Source: an uncultured Bacteroidota bacterium (GTDB lineage: Bacteria; Bacteroidota; Bacteroidia; Bacteroidales; F082). Taken from it: a stretch of DNA of 64,000 nt. The translations under genes were made by a program, and so were the position numbers. The stretch lies in the NCBI GenBank assembly GCA_937912115.1, contig CALDOI010000142.1, positions 2,098-66,097 on the forward strand. The letters run 5' to 3'. Numbering within the stretch: position 1 is the first letter of the stretch; every line of letters begins with the position of its first letter. The notes beneath the pieces were generated by a model. That model saw only the letters and a program-made list of their open reading frames with translations, was not told the DNA's origin and did not search any database. This document shows, piece by piece, positions 9,301-19,288 of this stretch.

Positions 9301-10078
9301 CGATGAGTTTGACCTAAAGCGAATGGCAGACATGATGAAAGCTCAAAATATATCTACAATTCTTGCAGTTAGTGGTCAGGAATGCATAGACAAAATTGAA
9401 AATGTAATTCCCGACATTCTTGTACTTGATTTGCTGATGCCAGACATTGATGGATTTAAAGTATTGCATCAAGTAAAGAATAAACCACAAACAAAAGACT
9501 TACCGATTATTGTTGTAACAGCCAAAGATATAACACAAGATGACAGAATGAGATTACAAGGAAATGTTACCTCAATAATAGCGAAAAGTGAGTCCACTCC
9601 AGAAGATTTGTTTGCGGAAATAAAAAGAATAATCGATAACATTGATCACTTTAAAAAACCAAATCAACATAAGGTTAAACCCGGCAAAAAAGAAGCACAA
9701 GTTTTAAATCAATCAAAACAAAAAGACATATTAATACTTGAAGACAATCCAGATAACATGATTACTATTAAGGCAATCCTAAAGGGGAATTATAACCTCT
9801 GGGAAGCAACTAATGGTGAAGAAGGCTTGAAATTTATAGAAATTCATAAGCCTGATTTAATACTACTCGACATGTCACTACCAAATATTAGCGGACAGGA
9901 AATCGTTAGTATACTAAAAGCAGATGATAGAACAAAATCAATTCCCATTATTGCAGTAACTGCACAGGCAATGAGTGGCGACAGAGAAATGATTATAGGT
10001 TATGGCTGTGATGCTTATGTGTCAAAACCCATTGATGGAGTTTTTTTAATAAATGAAATTAACAAATGGCTTCATTAG
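6392..10078 (+). CDS. Hybrid sensor kinase C: TM, Cache-like periplasmic domain, TM, HAMP, GAF-like, coiled coil, HisKA, HATPase and three receivers
   Basis: Two hydrophobic helices flank a ~260-aa extracytoplasmic domain. H-box [20 protein letters not shown] and GTGLGLAI. Three blocks each with the DD...D(MP)...T/S...K receiver pattern ([27 protein letters not shown]). Confidence 0.9.
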   Translation: MKLYSFKSIRTRLTFWFLILTLIPLLVVLIITYFQRIDAIKNQTIDKLVAIRDLKAEQINVWLTERVADMNTLSIDSDITSVENLFDNKKNDNSDTELLLKIQNHLENFVKNYSAYSELFILNPQNGKIVISTRKYAIGEDKSTNEYFTEPMKTHKLSIKDIYYSNTLSEISMAYSIPIFDAENKNIIVGILVARVDLDNSLFRLLFDRIGLGKTGETLIVNEDILALNILRWYNNAPLNLKIKALPALNASKGQTGVIETQDYRGEEVLAAYTYIPQTKWGFVCKQDMSEVNASIDIMILNFILIFIVASIIITLIAISISKSISKSIVAMNVVAKKIRSGNFSIRNKITSQDELGLLALEFNNMAEMTESRINVQQGISQITEIMIGRTSMNDFGLSLLKELKKISGANICTFYILNEADQLFEHLVSIGANKELLEPFDSSYTEGDFGNAISSKSIYYLQNIPANTIFKYKTIAGTTIPKELITIPIIVDNTVVATISLAKISSFSIDCHDIINKSWDNINTSYSNLISSERTRIFADHLSRINKQLEVKSQELEKQTSEMKKQAEELYNASRELQIQNIELESQKMQVMTANRLKSEFLSNMSHELRTPLNSIMALSSVLITDTKSKLNKDESNYLSIIERNGKRLLNLINDILDLSKIEAGKIEIIPAYISIENLIKLVTENVQSISDNKGISINLEIPKNLPRIQTDESRLHQVLINIVSNAIKFTDKGSVDIIVKNQQNNIIIEIKDTGIGISENILPHVFDEFRQADGTSSRKYEGTGLGLAIARKMIEILGGSISAESELGIGSTFSVSIPVSWHGRKSIDKPTISSNVVIKKANNTILVVDDNPEVIADISNYLDQCGYNTISATNGMEAIKLANKYKPIAITLDIVMPEMDGWEVLQQLKSNNETTNIPVIVVSVSEDRDTGFALGAISYLNKPIDKNLLISEIRKINKSPGIVMIVDDDEFDLKRMADMMKAQNISTILAVSGQECIDKIENVIPDILVLDLLMPDIDGFKVLHQVKNKPQTKDLPIIVVTAKDITQDDRMRLQGNVTSIIAKSESTPEDLFAEIKRIIDNIDHFKKPNQHKVKPGKKEAQVLNQSKQKDILILEDNPDNMITIKAILKGNYNLWEATNGEEGLKFIEIHKPDLILLDMSLPNISGQEIVSILKADDRTKSIPIIAVTAQAMSGDREMIIGYGCDAYVSKPIDGVFLINEINKWLH

Positions 10079-11289
10079 AAATAATCGCCAATAACATAGG
10101 TAAGCTCATCCAACAGGTTAGTTACTTAAACGATCTTAAGAATGCCAAAGAAAAAGCAGAAGAAAGCGACCGTTTAAAATCAGCATTTCTGTCGAATATG
10201 AGTCATGAAATACGTACTCCCATGAATGGGATTCTTGGGTTTTCATCTTTACTTAAAAAACCAGGACTTACTGGCCAAACAAAGGATGAATACATAAAAA
10301 TAATTGAAAAAAGCGGTGCCCGAATGCTAAGTACAATAAATGATATTATAGATATTTCGAAAGTTGAATCAGGACAAATGAAAATTTCCATAACAGAAGT
10401 CGAAATAAACGAACAAATCGTAAATCTTCATGCATTTTTCAATCCTGAAGCAACAAAAAAGAATATACAGCTTTCATATAAAAATGGTTTAAAAAAACAT
10501 GAATCAATTATTAAAACTGATCTTGAGAAAGTATATTCCATCCTAACCAACCTCATTAAAAATGCAATAAAATACTCAAACGAGGGAAAAATTGAATTTG
10601 GGTATAAAATTGTAGATAATGAAGACCTTAAATTTTTAGAATTCTTTGTAAAGGACACGGGAATAGGAATTCCTCTAGAAAGACAGCATGCTGTTTTCGA
10701 TCGTTTTGTACAGGCCGATATTGAAGACGAACATGTTTATGAAGGATCGGGTTTGGGTTTAACAATTTCAAAGGCCTATATAGAAATGCTTGGGGGCAAA
10801 ATATGGTTGGAATCTCAGGAAGGGATTGGCTCACAGTTTTATTTTACAATTCCATATATCCAAAGTGAGGAAGCTGAACCTAAAAGTAAATTTGTGAAAC
10901 CAGAATCTACAACTGATCCTCAAAAAATGAAACTAAAAGTACTTATTGCCGAAGACGATGAATTTTCAAATACACATTTATCAATTTTATTAAAAGATAT
11001 AAGTAAAGAAATTTTGCATTGTAATAATGGTAAAGAAGTAATTGCAATTTGCAAAGATAATCCCGATATTGATTTAATTTTGATGGATATTAAAATGCCA
11101 GTCATGGATGGTTACGAAGCTACACGACAGATCCGAGGATTCAACAAAGACGTAATAATTATTGCTCAAACTGCATATGCACTAATAGGTGATCGAGAAA
11201 AAGCACTTGAAGCTGGTTGTAATGATTATATCACTAAACCTATCAACAAAATGGAGCTCTTTAATAAGGTCTCAAATTTGTTCATATAA
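10066..11289 (+). CDS. Sensor-less hybrid kinase D: 27-aa leader, HisKA, HATPase, receiver
   Basis: The ATG at 10066 overlaps the last 13 nt of gene [34 protein letters not shown] begins at residue 27. Receiver VLIAEDDE...LILMDIKMP...[10 protein letters not shown]. Confidence 0.9.
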   Translation: MASLEIIANNIGKLIQQVSYLNDLKNAKEKAEESDRLKSAFLSNMSHEIRTPMNGILGFSSLLKKPGLTGQTKDEYIKIIEKSGARMLSTINDIIDISKVESGQMKISITEVEINEQIVNLHAFFNPEATKKNIQLSYKNGLKKHESIIKTDLEKVYSILTNLIKNAIKYSNEGKIEFGYKIVDNEDLKFLEFFVKDTGIGIPLERQHAVFDRFVQADIEDEHVYEGSGLGLTISKAYIEMLGGKIWLESQEGIGSQFYFTIPYIQSEEAEPKSKFVKPESTTDPQKMKLKVLIAEDDEFSNTHLSILLKDISKEILHCNNGKEVIAICKDNPDIDLILMDIKMPVMDGYEATRQIRGFNKDVIIIAQTAYALIGDREKALEAGCNDYITKPINKMELFNKVSNLFI

Positions 11290-11354
11290 TATAAATAAGA
11301 ATTAATCATCGAATCATTCAGAGATAAAAGAAATTACAATAAACATAGATACTA

Positions 11355-14300
11355 ATGAAGAAAATTCTAGCTATAGACGACCAAAAAGACAACCTCACTA
11401 CTATAAAGGCCGTATTAGACAGTCAATTGCCTGGCATTAAAATATTAAACGCGCTTTCAGGTGCAGAAGGAATTAAAATTGCAATAAAAGAACAACCCGA
11501 CACCATTATTCTGGATTTAATTATGCCAATGATGGATGGCTACGAAGTATGTATAAAACTTAAAGAAAACGAATTTACAAAGCATATTCCAATTATAATG
11601 CTTACTGCCATTAAAACCGATGCTAAAAGTAGAATTAAAGGATTAACACTTGGTGCAGATGCATTTTTATCAAAACCGATTGACCCATTGGAACTATCAA
11701 CTCAGGTAAAGGTAATGTTACGAATAAAAGAGGCTGAGGATAAACTAAGAGATGAAAAAAGTATGCTGGAAAAATTGGTTGAGGAACGTACTGCTAGCCT
11801 GTATGATAGTGAGTTATACTATAGAACATTAATTGAAAACAGCAGCGATGTAATAATCATTATAGATAAAAATGGCAAGTTAGTATTTGAGAGTCAGAGT
11901 AATGAAGTAATTACCGGGTATAAAACAGGTGAATTGTTGGGCGAAAATATTTTTGGAATAATACATGCTGATGATTTAGAGCACGTTTCAATACTATTTG
12001 AGGAGATTATCAAAAAACCACAAGGAATTGAAAATGTAAATTTCAGGATCATACATAAGGATGAAAGTACCAGAAGTATTTCTGGTACTGGGAAAAACAT
12101 GCTTCACTTTCCTAAAATTAACGGAATAGTTTTTAATTACCGAGATGTAACTGAACACACTAAAGCACTTAATGCCAAATTAGAAAGCGATCGGAAATTA
12201 AATACACTTATCAATAACCTCAAAGGAATAGCCTATAGATGTAAAAACGATCGTAATTGGACAATGGAATATTTAAGTGCCGGATTTGAAGAAATAACCG
12301 GTTATAAAGTTGAAGATGTTATTAATAATAAAAAAATGTCTTTCGACGACATCATAGAGCCAGAGGACAGGGATAGAATATGGACAGAAATACAATCGTC
12401 AATTGGGAAAAAAGAATCTTTCGAGTTAAATTATAAAATCAAGACAGCATCCGGTGAAATTAAGTATGTATTGGAAAAAGGAGTGGCAATATATTCTGAA
12501 GATAAAACTAATTTACTTGGTTTAGAGGGTTTTATAACTGATATCACAACACATGTTAGCATCGAAAAGGCCCTAAGAGAAAGTGAAAATAATTTTCGAA
12601 CACTCTTCAATGCTATGACAGATGTAGTGCTGGAATTAGATTATGATGGTCGATTTATCAATATTGCACCTACCTCGCAAGAGCTATTGTATTTACCGCC
12701 AGACGAAATGATTGGCCATACATTACATGAGGTGTTTCCACAACCAGAAGCTGACATTTTTCTTGAATTTGTAAGGAAGTGCATAGATGAAAATGAAATC
12801 AAGAGTTTGATGTATTCTTTGGTTATTAACGACGCAACTAAATGGTTTGAGGGAAGAGGTATTCCCAAATCTACAAATAGTATTCTTTATATCGCCCGTG
12901 ATATTACAATGGCTAAAAAATCAGAGGATGAATTTAGAAAGCTTTCGTCAGCTGTTAAACAAAGCCCTTCAGTATTTGTTATTACTGATATTGACGGAAA
13001 AATAGAATATGTAAACCCAAAATTTACTGAACTTACAGGGTATGAACCTGAAGAGGTTATTGGTCGAAAATCAAATATTCTTAAATCCGGACATCAAACA
13101 CTTGAAGAATATAAAGAACTTTGGGAAACTATAATCAGTGGTGATAAGTGGAAAGGCGAATTCCATAACAAGAAAAAGAATGGGAAATTATTTTGGGAAG
13201 AGGCTTCCATATCACCTATTATCGATGAAAATGGTAAAATCATAAATTTTATAAAGGTAGCCGAAGATATTACAGAGCAGAAAAAGGCAAAAAAGGCATT
13301 ACAGGAGAGCGAATATAAGTATCAAAAACTAATTGAAACATCATCCGAAGGATTCTGGCTTATTGACACAAAAGGCGTAACACTAGATGTTAATTTAGCG
13401 TTATGTGAAATGTTAGGCTATACCCGGGAAGAAATTATGGGCAAAACTCCGTACGACTTTGCGGAAAATGAAAATATTAGAATATTTAAAGAACAAATAG
13501 CAAGGGCAAATAGTGATAAACAAAGAAAATATGAAATAAGTCTAAGAACTAAAAGTGGAAACTATATTCCCACATTATTTAATGCAACATCAATTTCAGA
13601 TAATGATGGAAAATTTGCCGGCTCATTTGCTTTTATAACAAATATAAGTGAAAATAAACGAGCAGCTCAACTTCAAAAAGTACTTTATAATATTTCAAAT
13701 GCGGCCATATCTTCGGGTAATTTAAATACACTAATAGCCTTAATTCAGGAAGAACTTGGTAAAATAATTGACACAACAAACTTTTTTGTAGCTCTATATA
13801 ACAAGGAAACCAATATGTTATCCCTACCATTCTTTTCTGATCAAAAGGATAAAATGGTGTCGATACCCAGTGGAAAATCACTAACGGATTATGTTATCAG
13901 AACTCAAAAATCATTACTTGCTAACAGAAAAGACAAAGCAAAGCTTGAGGAGTTGGGTGAAATCAGGAGGATAGGTTCTGATTCTAAAATCTGGCTTGGA
14001 GTACCCTTAAAAATAGAAAATGAAGTAATTGGTGTACTGGTAGTACAAAGCTATACCGATGAAAAGGCATTTAATGAGTCGGACATGAAAATGCTTGAAT
14101 TTATTTCTGAACAAGTTAGTATTTCCATTAATAAAAAGAAAGTTGAAGAAGGTATGATCTCTGCTCTTGAAAAAGCTACCGAATCTGACAGATTAAAGAC
14201 CGCATTCCTGCAAAATATTAGTCATGAAATACGTACTCCAATGAATGGGATAATGGGGTTCACAGGATTATTAAAAGATACCACATTGAGTGGCACGGAA

Positions 14301-15296
14301 CAACAATCGTATTTGGATGTGATATTAATAAGCGGACATAGAATGCTAAATACTCTTAACGACCTTATGGATATGTCGATGCTCGAAACCGGTCAGGTTA
14401 AAATGAATATTAGCACTATAAATATTAATGATGAGCTTAGCATTCTTTATAATTTTTTCAAACTTGAAGTTGAGAAAAAAGGAATGCTGATAAACTTCCA
14501 AACTGCCTTACCAAATAATGAAGTAGTTATTAAAACTGATCGTGAAAAACTTTTCGCCATACTATCAAACCTTATTAAAAATGCCATTAAATATAGTCAT
14601 ATAGGGAGTATTAGTTTTGGATATGTACTAAAGGGCTATTTCCTTGAGTTTTTTGTGGAAGATACAGGTATTGGTATTCCAAAAGACAGGCAACAAGCAA
14701 TTTTTGACAGATTTGTACAAGCTGATATAGAGGACATTAAAGTTTATGAGGGTTCCGGTCTTGGTTTATCAATCTCAAAAGCATATATTGAGTTAATTGG
14801 TGGTGAAATCTGGGTTGAATCAACAGAGGGAAAAGGATCAAAATTTTACTTTACATTACCCTATAATCCCGAATCGATAACAATGGAATTTGATGAAACT
14901 GAAATATCAGAAATAAAAACTTCATTTCAACAAAAACAATTAAAAATACTAATTGCTGAAGATGAAGAAATAGCGTTTGATTATTTACATATTGTTCTTG
15001 AAAATTCCGGGACTGAATTAATAAATGCTAAAAATGGGGCTGAAGCCGTGGATGTTATGCGAAATAATCCGGATATAGATTTAGTACTTATGGATATTAG
15101 AATGCCAATTATGGATGGTTATGAGGCAACACATGAAATAAGGAGTTTTAATAAAGATGTAGTGATAATTGCGCAAACGGCATATGCGTTGGCTGGCGAC
15201 AAAGAGAAAGCTCTTAATGCGGGTTGTAACGATTATATATCGAAGCCAATTAGCAGAAATAAATTATTGGAATTGATTAACAAATATTATAGTTAG
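11355..15296 (+). CDS. Hybrid sensor kinase E: receiver, multiple PAS, GAF, HisKA, HATPase, receiver
   Basis: N-terminal receiver KILAIDDQKDN...IILDLIMPMMDG. About five PAS-like blocks. GAF-like block before the H-box [17 protein letters not shown]-terminal receiver ILIAEDEE...LVLMDIRMP...GCNDYISKPI. Confidence 0.9.
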   Translation: MKKILAIDDQKDNLTTIKAVLDSQLPGIKILNALSGAEGIKIAIKEQPDTIILDLIMPMMDGYEVCIKLKENEFTKHIPIIMLTAIKTDAKSRIKGLTLGADAFLSKPIDPLELSTQVKVMLRIKEAEDKLRDEKSMLEKLVEERTASLYDSELYYRTLIENSSDVIIIIDKNGKLVFESQSNEVITGYKTGELLGENIFGIIHADDLEHVSILFEEIIKKPQGIENVNFRIIHKDESTRSISGTGKNMLHFPKINGIVFNYRDVTEHTKALNAKLESDRKLNTLINNLKGIAYRCKNDRNWTMEYLSAGFEEITGYKVEDVINNKKMSFDDIIEPEDRDRIWTEIQSSIGKKESFELNYKIKTASGEIKYVLEKGVAIYSEDKTNLLGLEGFITDITTHVSIEKALRESENNFRTLFNAMTDVVLELDYDGRFINIAPTSQELLYLPPDEMIGHTLHEVFPQPEADIFLEFVRKCIDENEIKSLMYSLVINDATKWFEGRGIPKSTNSILYIARDITMAKKSEDEFRKLSSAVKQSPSVFVITDIDGKIEYVNPKFTELTGYEPEEVIGRKSNILKSGHQTLEEYKELWETIISGDKWKGEFHNKKKNGKLFWEEASISPIIDENGKIINFIKVAEDITEQKKAKKALQESEYKYQKLIETSSEGFWLIDTKGVTLDVNLALCEMLGYTREEIMGKTPYDFAENENIRIFKEQIARANSDKQRKYEISLRTKSGNYIPTLFNATSISDNDGKFAGSFAFITNISENKRAAQLQKVLYNISNAAISSGNLNTLIALIQEELGKIIDTTNFFVALYNKETNMLSLPFFSDQKDKMVSIPSGKSLTDYVIRTQKSLLANRKDKAKLEELGEIRRIGSDSKIWLGVPLKIENEVIGVLVVQSYTDEKAFNESDMKMLEFISEQVSISINKKKVEEGMISALEKATESDRLKTAFLQNISHEIRTPMNGIMGFTGLLKDTTLSGTEQQSYLDVILISGHRMLNTLNDLMDMSMLETGQVKMNISTININDELSILYNFFKLEVEKKGMLINFQTALPNNEVVIKTDREKLFAILSNLIKNAIKYSHIGSISFGYVLKGYFLEFFVEDTGIGIPKDRQQAIFDRFVQADIEDIKVYEGSGLGLSISKAYIELIGGEIWVESTEGKGSKFYFTLPYNPESITMEFDETEISEIKTSFQQKQLKILIAEDEEIAFDYLHIVLENSGTELINAKNGAEAVDVMRNNPDIDLVLMDIRMPIMDGYEATHEIRSFNKDVVIIAQTAYALAGDKEKALNAGCNDYISKPISRNKLLELINKYYS

Positions 15297-15329
15297 TGGA
15301 AATAAAAGAGTTTACCATCTGAGCATGTG

Positions 15330-15440
15330 AACCTGGACGGCACCAATAGGACGCTTTATTTTATTAACAATGTAATGGAGTGTTGGAGTAATAGACTTGG
15401 GAACAGTTTTGCCAATGGTTATACAAATGAAATATTTATA
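15330..15440 (+). repeat. Intergenic repeat, copy A (related to 19137-19237)
   Basis: Shares AACCTGGA...TTTATTAAC(A/T)ATGT(A/T)ATGGAGTG...GTTTTGCCAAT(G/A)GTTA..CAAATGAAATAT with copy B. It is collinear over ~100 nt with one ~7-nt indel. Confidence 0.7.
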
Positions 15441-15456
15441 AAACCGATTATTTAGT

Positions 15457-15464
15457 TACTTTTG
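15457..15464 (+). promoter_or_regulatory. Bacteroidetes-type -7 box TACTTTTG(CC)
   Basis: TAnnTTTG 19 nt upstream of the ATG at 15484. The 12-mer TTACTTTTGCCA is identical to the one at 29266-29277. Confidence 0.5.
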
Positions 15465-15483
15465 CCAGCTTGAAAATTACAGT

Positions 15484-16386
15484 ATGCAAATAGGAAAAAA
15501 CCAACTAATTGTAGGAACAATTGCCATTAGTATTTCTGCAATCTTATGGGGCTTTGATGGTGTGGTTCTAACTCCCAGGCTAAACAATCTTGATGTTGGC
15601 TGGGTAGTTTTTATTCTTCATATTATTCCTTTTTTGTTGATGAACGTTTTTTTATTCAAGCAGTATCGTAACCTCAACACGTTCATAAAACAGGATTATA
15701 TACTATTTCTTCTGGTGGCAATATTCGGGGGAGCCATTGGGACAATTTCAATCGTTAAAGCTTTATTTCTTGTAAATTTTCATCAGCTATCTGTAGTTGT
15801 TCTTCTTCAAAAACTACAACCAATTTTTGCAATTATACTTGCCGCAATATTGCTTAAAGAAAAAATTAAAAAGCACTTTGCAATTTGGGCATCGTTGGCA
15901 ATTATAGCAAGTTATTTCCTAACTTTTGGTTATTCACTTCCAAGTATAAGTATGGATGATAATACTATACAGGCTGCCCTATATGCATTACTTGCAGCAT
16001 TTTCCTTTGGTAGTTCAACAGTATTCTCAAAAAAATTATTACATAACCATAACTTCATTACAGCTACTTTTTTTAGGTATGGTTTTACAAGCTTAATTCT
16101 TCTTGTATATGTGTTAATTTCAGGAAGTTTTGCTCAATTTGAAATTACCACCCCAACAAACTGGATATACTTTGTTATAATTGGACTAACTACCGGATCG
16201 GGAGCCATATTTATATATTACTATGGATTACGAAGAGTTAAAGCCATTGTTGCAACCATTAGCGAACTATTATTTCCTGTTTCGGCAATTCTGTTTGATT
16301 ACCTTTTCAACGGAAGTATGCTCTCACCAGTGCAATTAATAAGTGCTGTTATTATGGTTTTCGCCATTATCAAGCTAAATAGCTAG
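15484..16386 (+). CDS. EamA/DMT-superfamily transporter
   Basis: 300 aa, about ten hydrophobic helices in two similar halves, typical of EamA-repeat permeases. Confidence 0.75.
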   Translation: MQIGKNQLIVGTIAISISAILWGFDGVVLTPRLNNLDVGWVVFILHIIPFLLMNVFLFKQYRNLNTFIKQDYILFLLVAIFGGAIGTISIVKALFLVNFHQLSVVVLLQKLQPIFAIILAAILLKEKIKKHFAIWASLAIIASYFLTFGYSLPSISMDDNTIQAALYALLAAFSFGSSTVFSKKLLHNHNFITATFFRYGFTSLILLVYVLISGSFAQFEITTPTNWIYFVIIGLTTGSGAIFIYYYGLRRVKAIVATISELLFPVSAILFDYLFNGSMLSPVQLISAVIMVFAIIKLNS

Positions 16387-16519
16387 TATATTTTTAAACA
16401 ATCATTTTCCTTCCTTGCAATGTGTTTAAATTTTTCTTATCTTTAACAATAATTAATTCAAGTGAAGTGGATAAATTAATAGGCAATAATTATAAGAGTT
16501 AAATTTAAAATACGATACT

Positions 16520-16759
16520 ATGTCAGACGATTTAAAATTAGTTTACACCGGATCGCGGGTAGAAAGCCTTTTTTTAGAGGAGATGCTTGTGGAAAATGAA
16601 ATTGGTGTAATCCGGAGAGATACACTTAGTGCAAGTGTACAGGCAGGTTGGGCAAATGGATCACCTGAAGATGCTGTAAGAATATTTGTTGATCCACATA
16701 ACTTTGAAAAGGCAAAAAAAATTCTGAACGATTACTTTGCCTCACGTGATGATGGTTAG
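16520..16759 (+). CDS. Small DUF2007-like protein (putative signal-transducing fold)
   Basis: 79 aa. The pattern VYTGS...A..L...L....I...........G.......V.V......AK.IL is as in DUF2007-family proteins. Assigned from memory of the family only. Confidence 0.5.
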   Translation: MSDDLKLVYTGSRVESLFLEEMLVENEIGVIRRDTLSASVQAGWANGSPEDAVRIFVDPHNFEKAKKILNDYFASRDDG

Positions 16760-16795
16760 TTGCCATATTCAGATGATGAAAATCATTACTGATAC

Positions 16796-17671
16796 TTGTA
16801 TCTGCGGTTGATGGAAATAGTTGTTTCAACAAACTTTATTCTAGATAATGAAGTTGTTAGCTCCTCCGATTTTAACCGCAAACAACTTAGCAATGGTATT
16901 GTTATCTATGAAGTTATAAGAGTTAGTAACAGTATACCTCTGTTTCTGGGAGCTCATATTGACAGATTCATTATTTCAATTAATAAACTTGGGGTAAAAA
17001 CTAATGTTTCGATATCTACTATAGCATCCCGAATTAGTACACTGATTAACATAAATAATCTTTCCATTGGAAATATAAGGTTTCAGCTTTGTTTTAGTAA
17101 AAATAGCCAAACAACATTTTCAGCTTGGATTGTTCCACATTCCTATCCAGATAAAGAACTTTATATAACAGGAATAAAGGTGGCAACATTAGCAAGTCAA
17201 CGAAATAACCCTAATCTGAAAATATTTAATTCTAATTTCAAAAGTAGTATTTCAAAACATAAATTAGAACTTGGAGTATATGAATTATTGCTGGTAAACG
17301 AAAATGGATTTGTAACAGAAGGAAGTAAATCCAATATTTTCTTTTTAAAAGATAATTCATTAATTACACCTAAAACTGAACAAGTACTTCCAGGAATTAC
17401 ACGCATGAAAGTAATTCAAATTGCAGGAAGCATGGGTATTAAGCTATTGGAGAAAAAAATTAGCAGTACATCTCTAAAGATTTATGATAGTGCATTTATT
17501 AGTGGAACCTCGCCTAAGATTCTCCCCATTAGAAATATTGATGAAATCCAATTTAATACCAAGAATGATACAATTAATAAAGTTATGGACGAATATGAAT
17601 TAATGGTAGCCAAGGATATGCTATCATTTAATTGGGATCATTACACAAATGGACGACTACCTGACAAGTAG
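16796..17671 (+). CDS. Class IV (fold type IV) aminotransferase: BCAT, D-amino-acid aminotransferase or ADC-lyase type
   Basis: C-terminal signature EGSKSNIFFLKDNSLITP...VLPGITR...ISGTSPKILPI. The start is ambiguous (ATG at 16796 or 16811). Confidence 0.75.
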   Translation: MYLRLMEIVVSTNFILDNEVVSSSDFNRKQLSNGIVIYEVIRVSNSIPLFLGAHIDRFIISINKLGVKTNVSISTIASRISTLININNLSIGNIRFQLCFSKNSQTTFSAWIVPHSYPDKELYITGIKVATLASQRNNPNLKIFNSNFKSSISKHKLELGVYELLLVNENGFVTEGSKSNIFFLKDNSLITPKTEQVLPGITRMKVIQIAGSMGIKLLEKKISSTSLKIYDSAFISGTSPKILPIRNIDEIQFNTKNDTINKVMDEYELMVAKDMLSFNWDHYTNGRLPDK

Positions 17672-17734
17672 TTATTCAGATTTTTCAGCATTTCATTTTT
17701 TTGTAATTTTACACAATTAAGTCAATACAATAAA

Positions 17735-18607
17735 ATGCACCAATTAAAAGCATTATCAACATATTCATATAAAGTACTCATCATTATTATCATCATGTTA
17801 ATTCCATTTTCGATGATGAGTCAGAAAAAAATACCTGATGATTTTTGCATAAGTAGTGATGAACTGAGCTTATTTGAAAGGGTTAACCAATTGCTGGTTG
17901 ATTACGGTAAGACCAAATTACAGTTATCTTCTTCACTCTCTTATGTTGCAGAAGTTCATATAAATGATCTGAAAAACAACCATCCCGACACCAGTATTTG
18001 CAATCTATCAAGTTGGTCGGATAAAGGCACATGGACTCCATGTTGCTATAATAAATACGTACACGATCCTGACTGCATGTGGGACAAACCAAAAGAGTTA
18101 ACTCCATACCCATATCGAGGTTACGAATTGGTAACCTATTTTGAAGATGGATTTAATAATGACTCAGTTATAAATCTATGGTCCGATTCGAAGGAAGTAT
18201 TGGATATGTTTCTCGCACAGGGTGATTTTTCACAAAAAAAATGGGTTTGTGGCGGACTAGCCATTGGACAAAACTATGTTTCGATGTGGTTTGCTCAAAG
18301 AAAGGACACGCAAAAACCGGCCATAGTTTGTGAGAATGAACATAGAGGTAATGATAGCTTATCAAAAGTTATTGCCACCAATAGCTCGAATGTTTATTAC
18401 TTAATATTTGGTAGTTTTCCAAGTATGCATAATGCTCGTGAGGCTCTTAAAAAAGCCAAAGCCGACGATTTTAAAAAATCAGATATTCTTGCCAAAAACA
18501 ACAAGATCCGTATTTATTTAAACAAATATAGTAGTTTAAAAGAAGCCCTATACGCAAAACAACAATTGCCCTATGCTTACCGTGAAGCATGGATACTTAA
18601 GGACTAA
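17735..18607 (+). CDS. Secreted/anchored Cys-rich protein with a C-terminal SPOR (peptidoglycan-binding) domain
   Basis: N-terminal hydrophobic signal or anchor. C-terminal ~75 aa YYLIFGSFPSMHNAREALKKAK...IRIYLNKYSSLKEALYAKQQL fits the SPOR beta-alpha-beta-beta repeat pattern. Confidence 0.6.
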   Translation: MHQLKALSTYSYKVLIIIIIMLIPFSMMSQKKIPDDFCISSDELSLFERVNQLLVDYGKTKLQLSSSLSYVAEVHINDLKNNHPDTSICNLSSWSDKGTWTPCCYNKYVHDPDCMWDKPKELTPYPYRGYELVTYFEDGFNNDSVINLWSDSKEVLDMFLAQGDFSQKKWVCGGLAIGQNYVSMWFAQRKDTQKPAIVCENEHRGNDSLSKVIATNSSNVYYLIFGSFPSMHNAREALKKAKADDFKKSDILAKNNKIRIYLNKYSSLKEALYAKQQLPYAYREAWILKD

Positions 18608-18622
18608 ATACCAGAATTTCAT

Positions 18623-19117
18623 ATGGAAAGTACAATCAGTTATATAATAATTATTGTAATTGTAATTCTGTCGATTATGGTTTATAATTATAAAAAGAAA
18701 CAAACTCGTCGGTATTTGCTTTCTGTACAGCAGTTTCCTGAGCTAAATCTTGAGATAAAAATTCAGAAACACCTTGGAGTAATAAACGCCATACTTGTAG
18801 TTGTTTATCCAAAAACAGATTTAATACTAGCAGATATTAAAATAGAACTAATATCTGCAAAAAGAGAATTCAATTACTATTCGCTTGATCATCTGATACA
18901 CAATATCAACCTCCCGACTAATATTGTGAAAAATAAAATGATAGAATTTGAAGTTCCCTTTGAATCATTCAAATCACTATTGGCAGATGGGGAGCATCCA
19001 TTCCGTACATTTCGTTTTTTGGTAACTTCAAATATCAACAAGCCCTATAAATCACACGAAATGGGGTTTAATAAGAAATGGGTAATTTATCGGCCTGATA
19101 CCGGTAGTTACAATTAA
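18623..19117 (+). CDS. Hypothetical single-pass membrane protein
   Basis: N-terminal TM helix YIIIIVIVILSIMVY followed by KKKQTRR. No recognisable family. Confidence 0.55.
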   Translation: MESTISYIIIIVIVILSIMVYNYKKKQTRRYLLSVQQFPELNLEIKIQKHLGVINAILVVVYPKTDLILADIKIELISAKREFNYYSLDHLIHNINLPTNIVKNKMIEFEVPFESFKSLLADGEHPFRTFRFLVTSNINKPYKSHEMGFNKKWVIYRPDTGSYN

Positions 19118-19132
19118 ACCCGGATTCATAAA

Positions 19133-19168
19133 GGCCAACCTGGATTGGCCCATTTGGCATTTTTTTTA
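19133..19168. terminator. Candidate bidirectional intrinsic terminator between convergent genes
   Basis: GGCCAA (19133-38) / TTGGCC (19145-50) hairpin, and an alternative GCCAA/TTGGC pairing ending at 19158. Followed by ATTTTTTTTATT on the plus strand and by TTTAT on the minus strand. Confidence 0.5.
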
Positions 19169-19237
19169 TTAACTATGTTATGGAGTGATGAACGTGGAGT
19201 GCCGTTTTGCCAATAGTTACTCAAATGAAATATAATA
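19137..19237 (+). repeat. Intergenic repeat, copy B (related to 15330-15440)
   Basis: See copy A. Copy B retains the intact hairpin that is degenerate in copy A. Confidence 0.7.
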
Positions 19238-19288
19238 ACACAAGAAAGTTTTATGAAAAACAAGTTAACCCTATAGTATTTTCAAATA

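Noticed and set aside
15375-15455. Small ORFs within the intergenic repeats (15375-15455 and 19188-19235) as real micro-peptide genes
   Set aside because: The two differ in start, length and N-terminal sequence, and share only about 9 residues. They are kept as a possibility under the repeat finding but not called as CDS.
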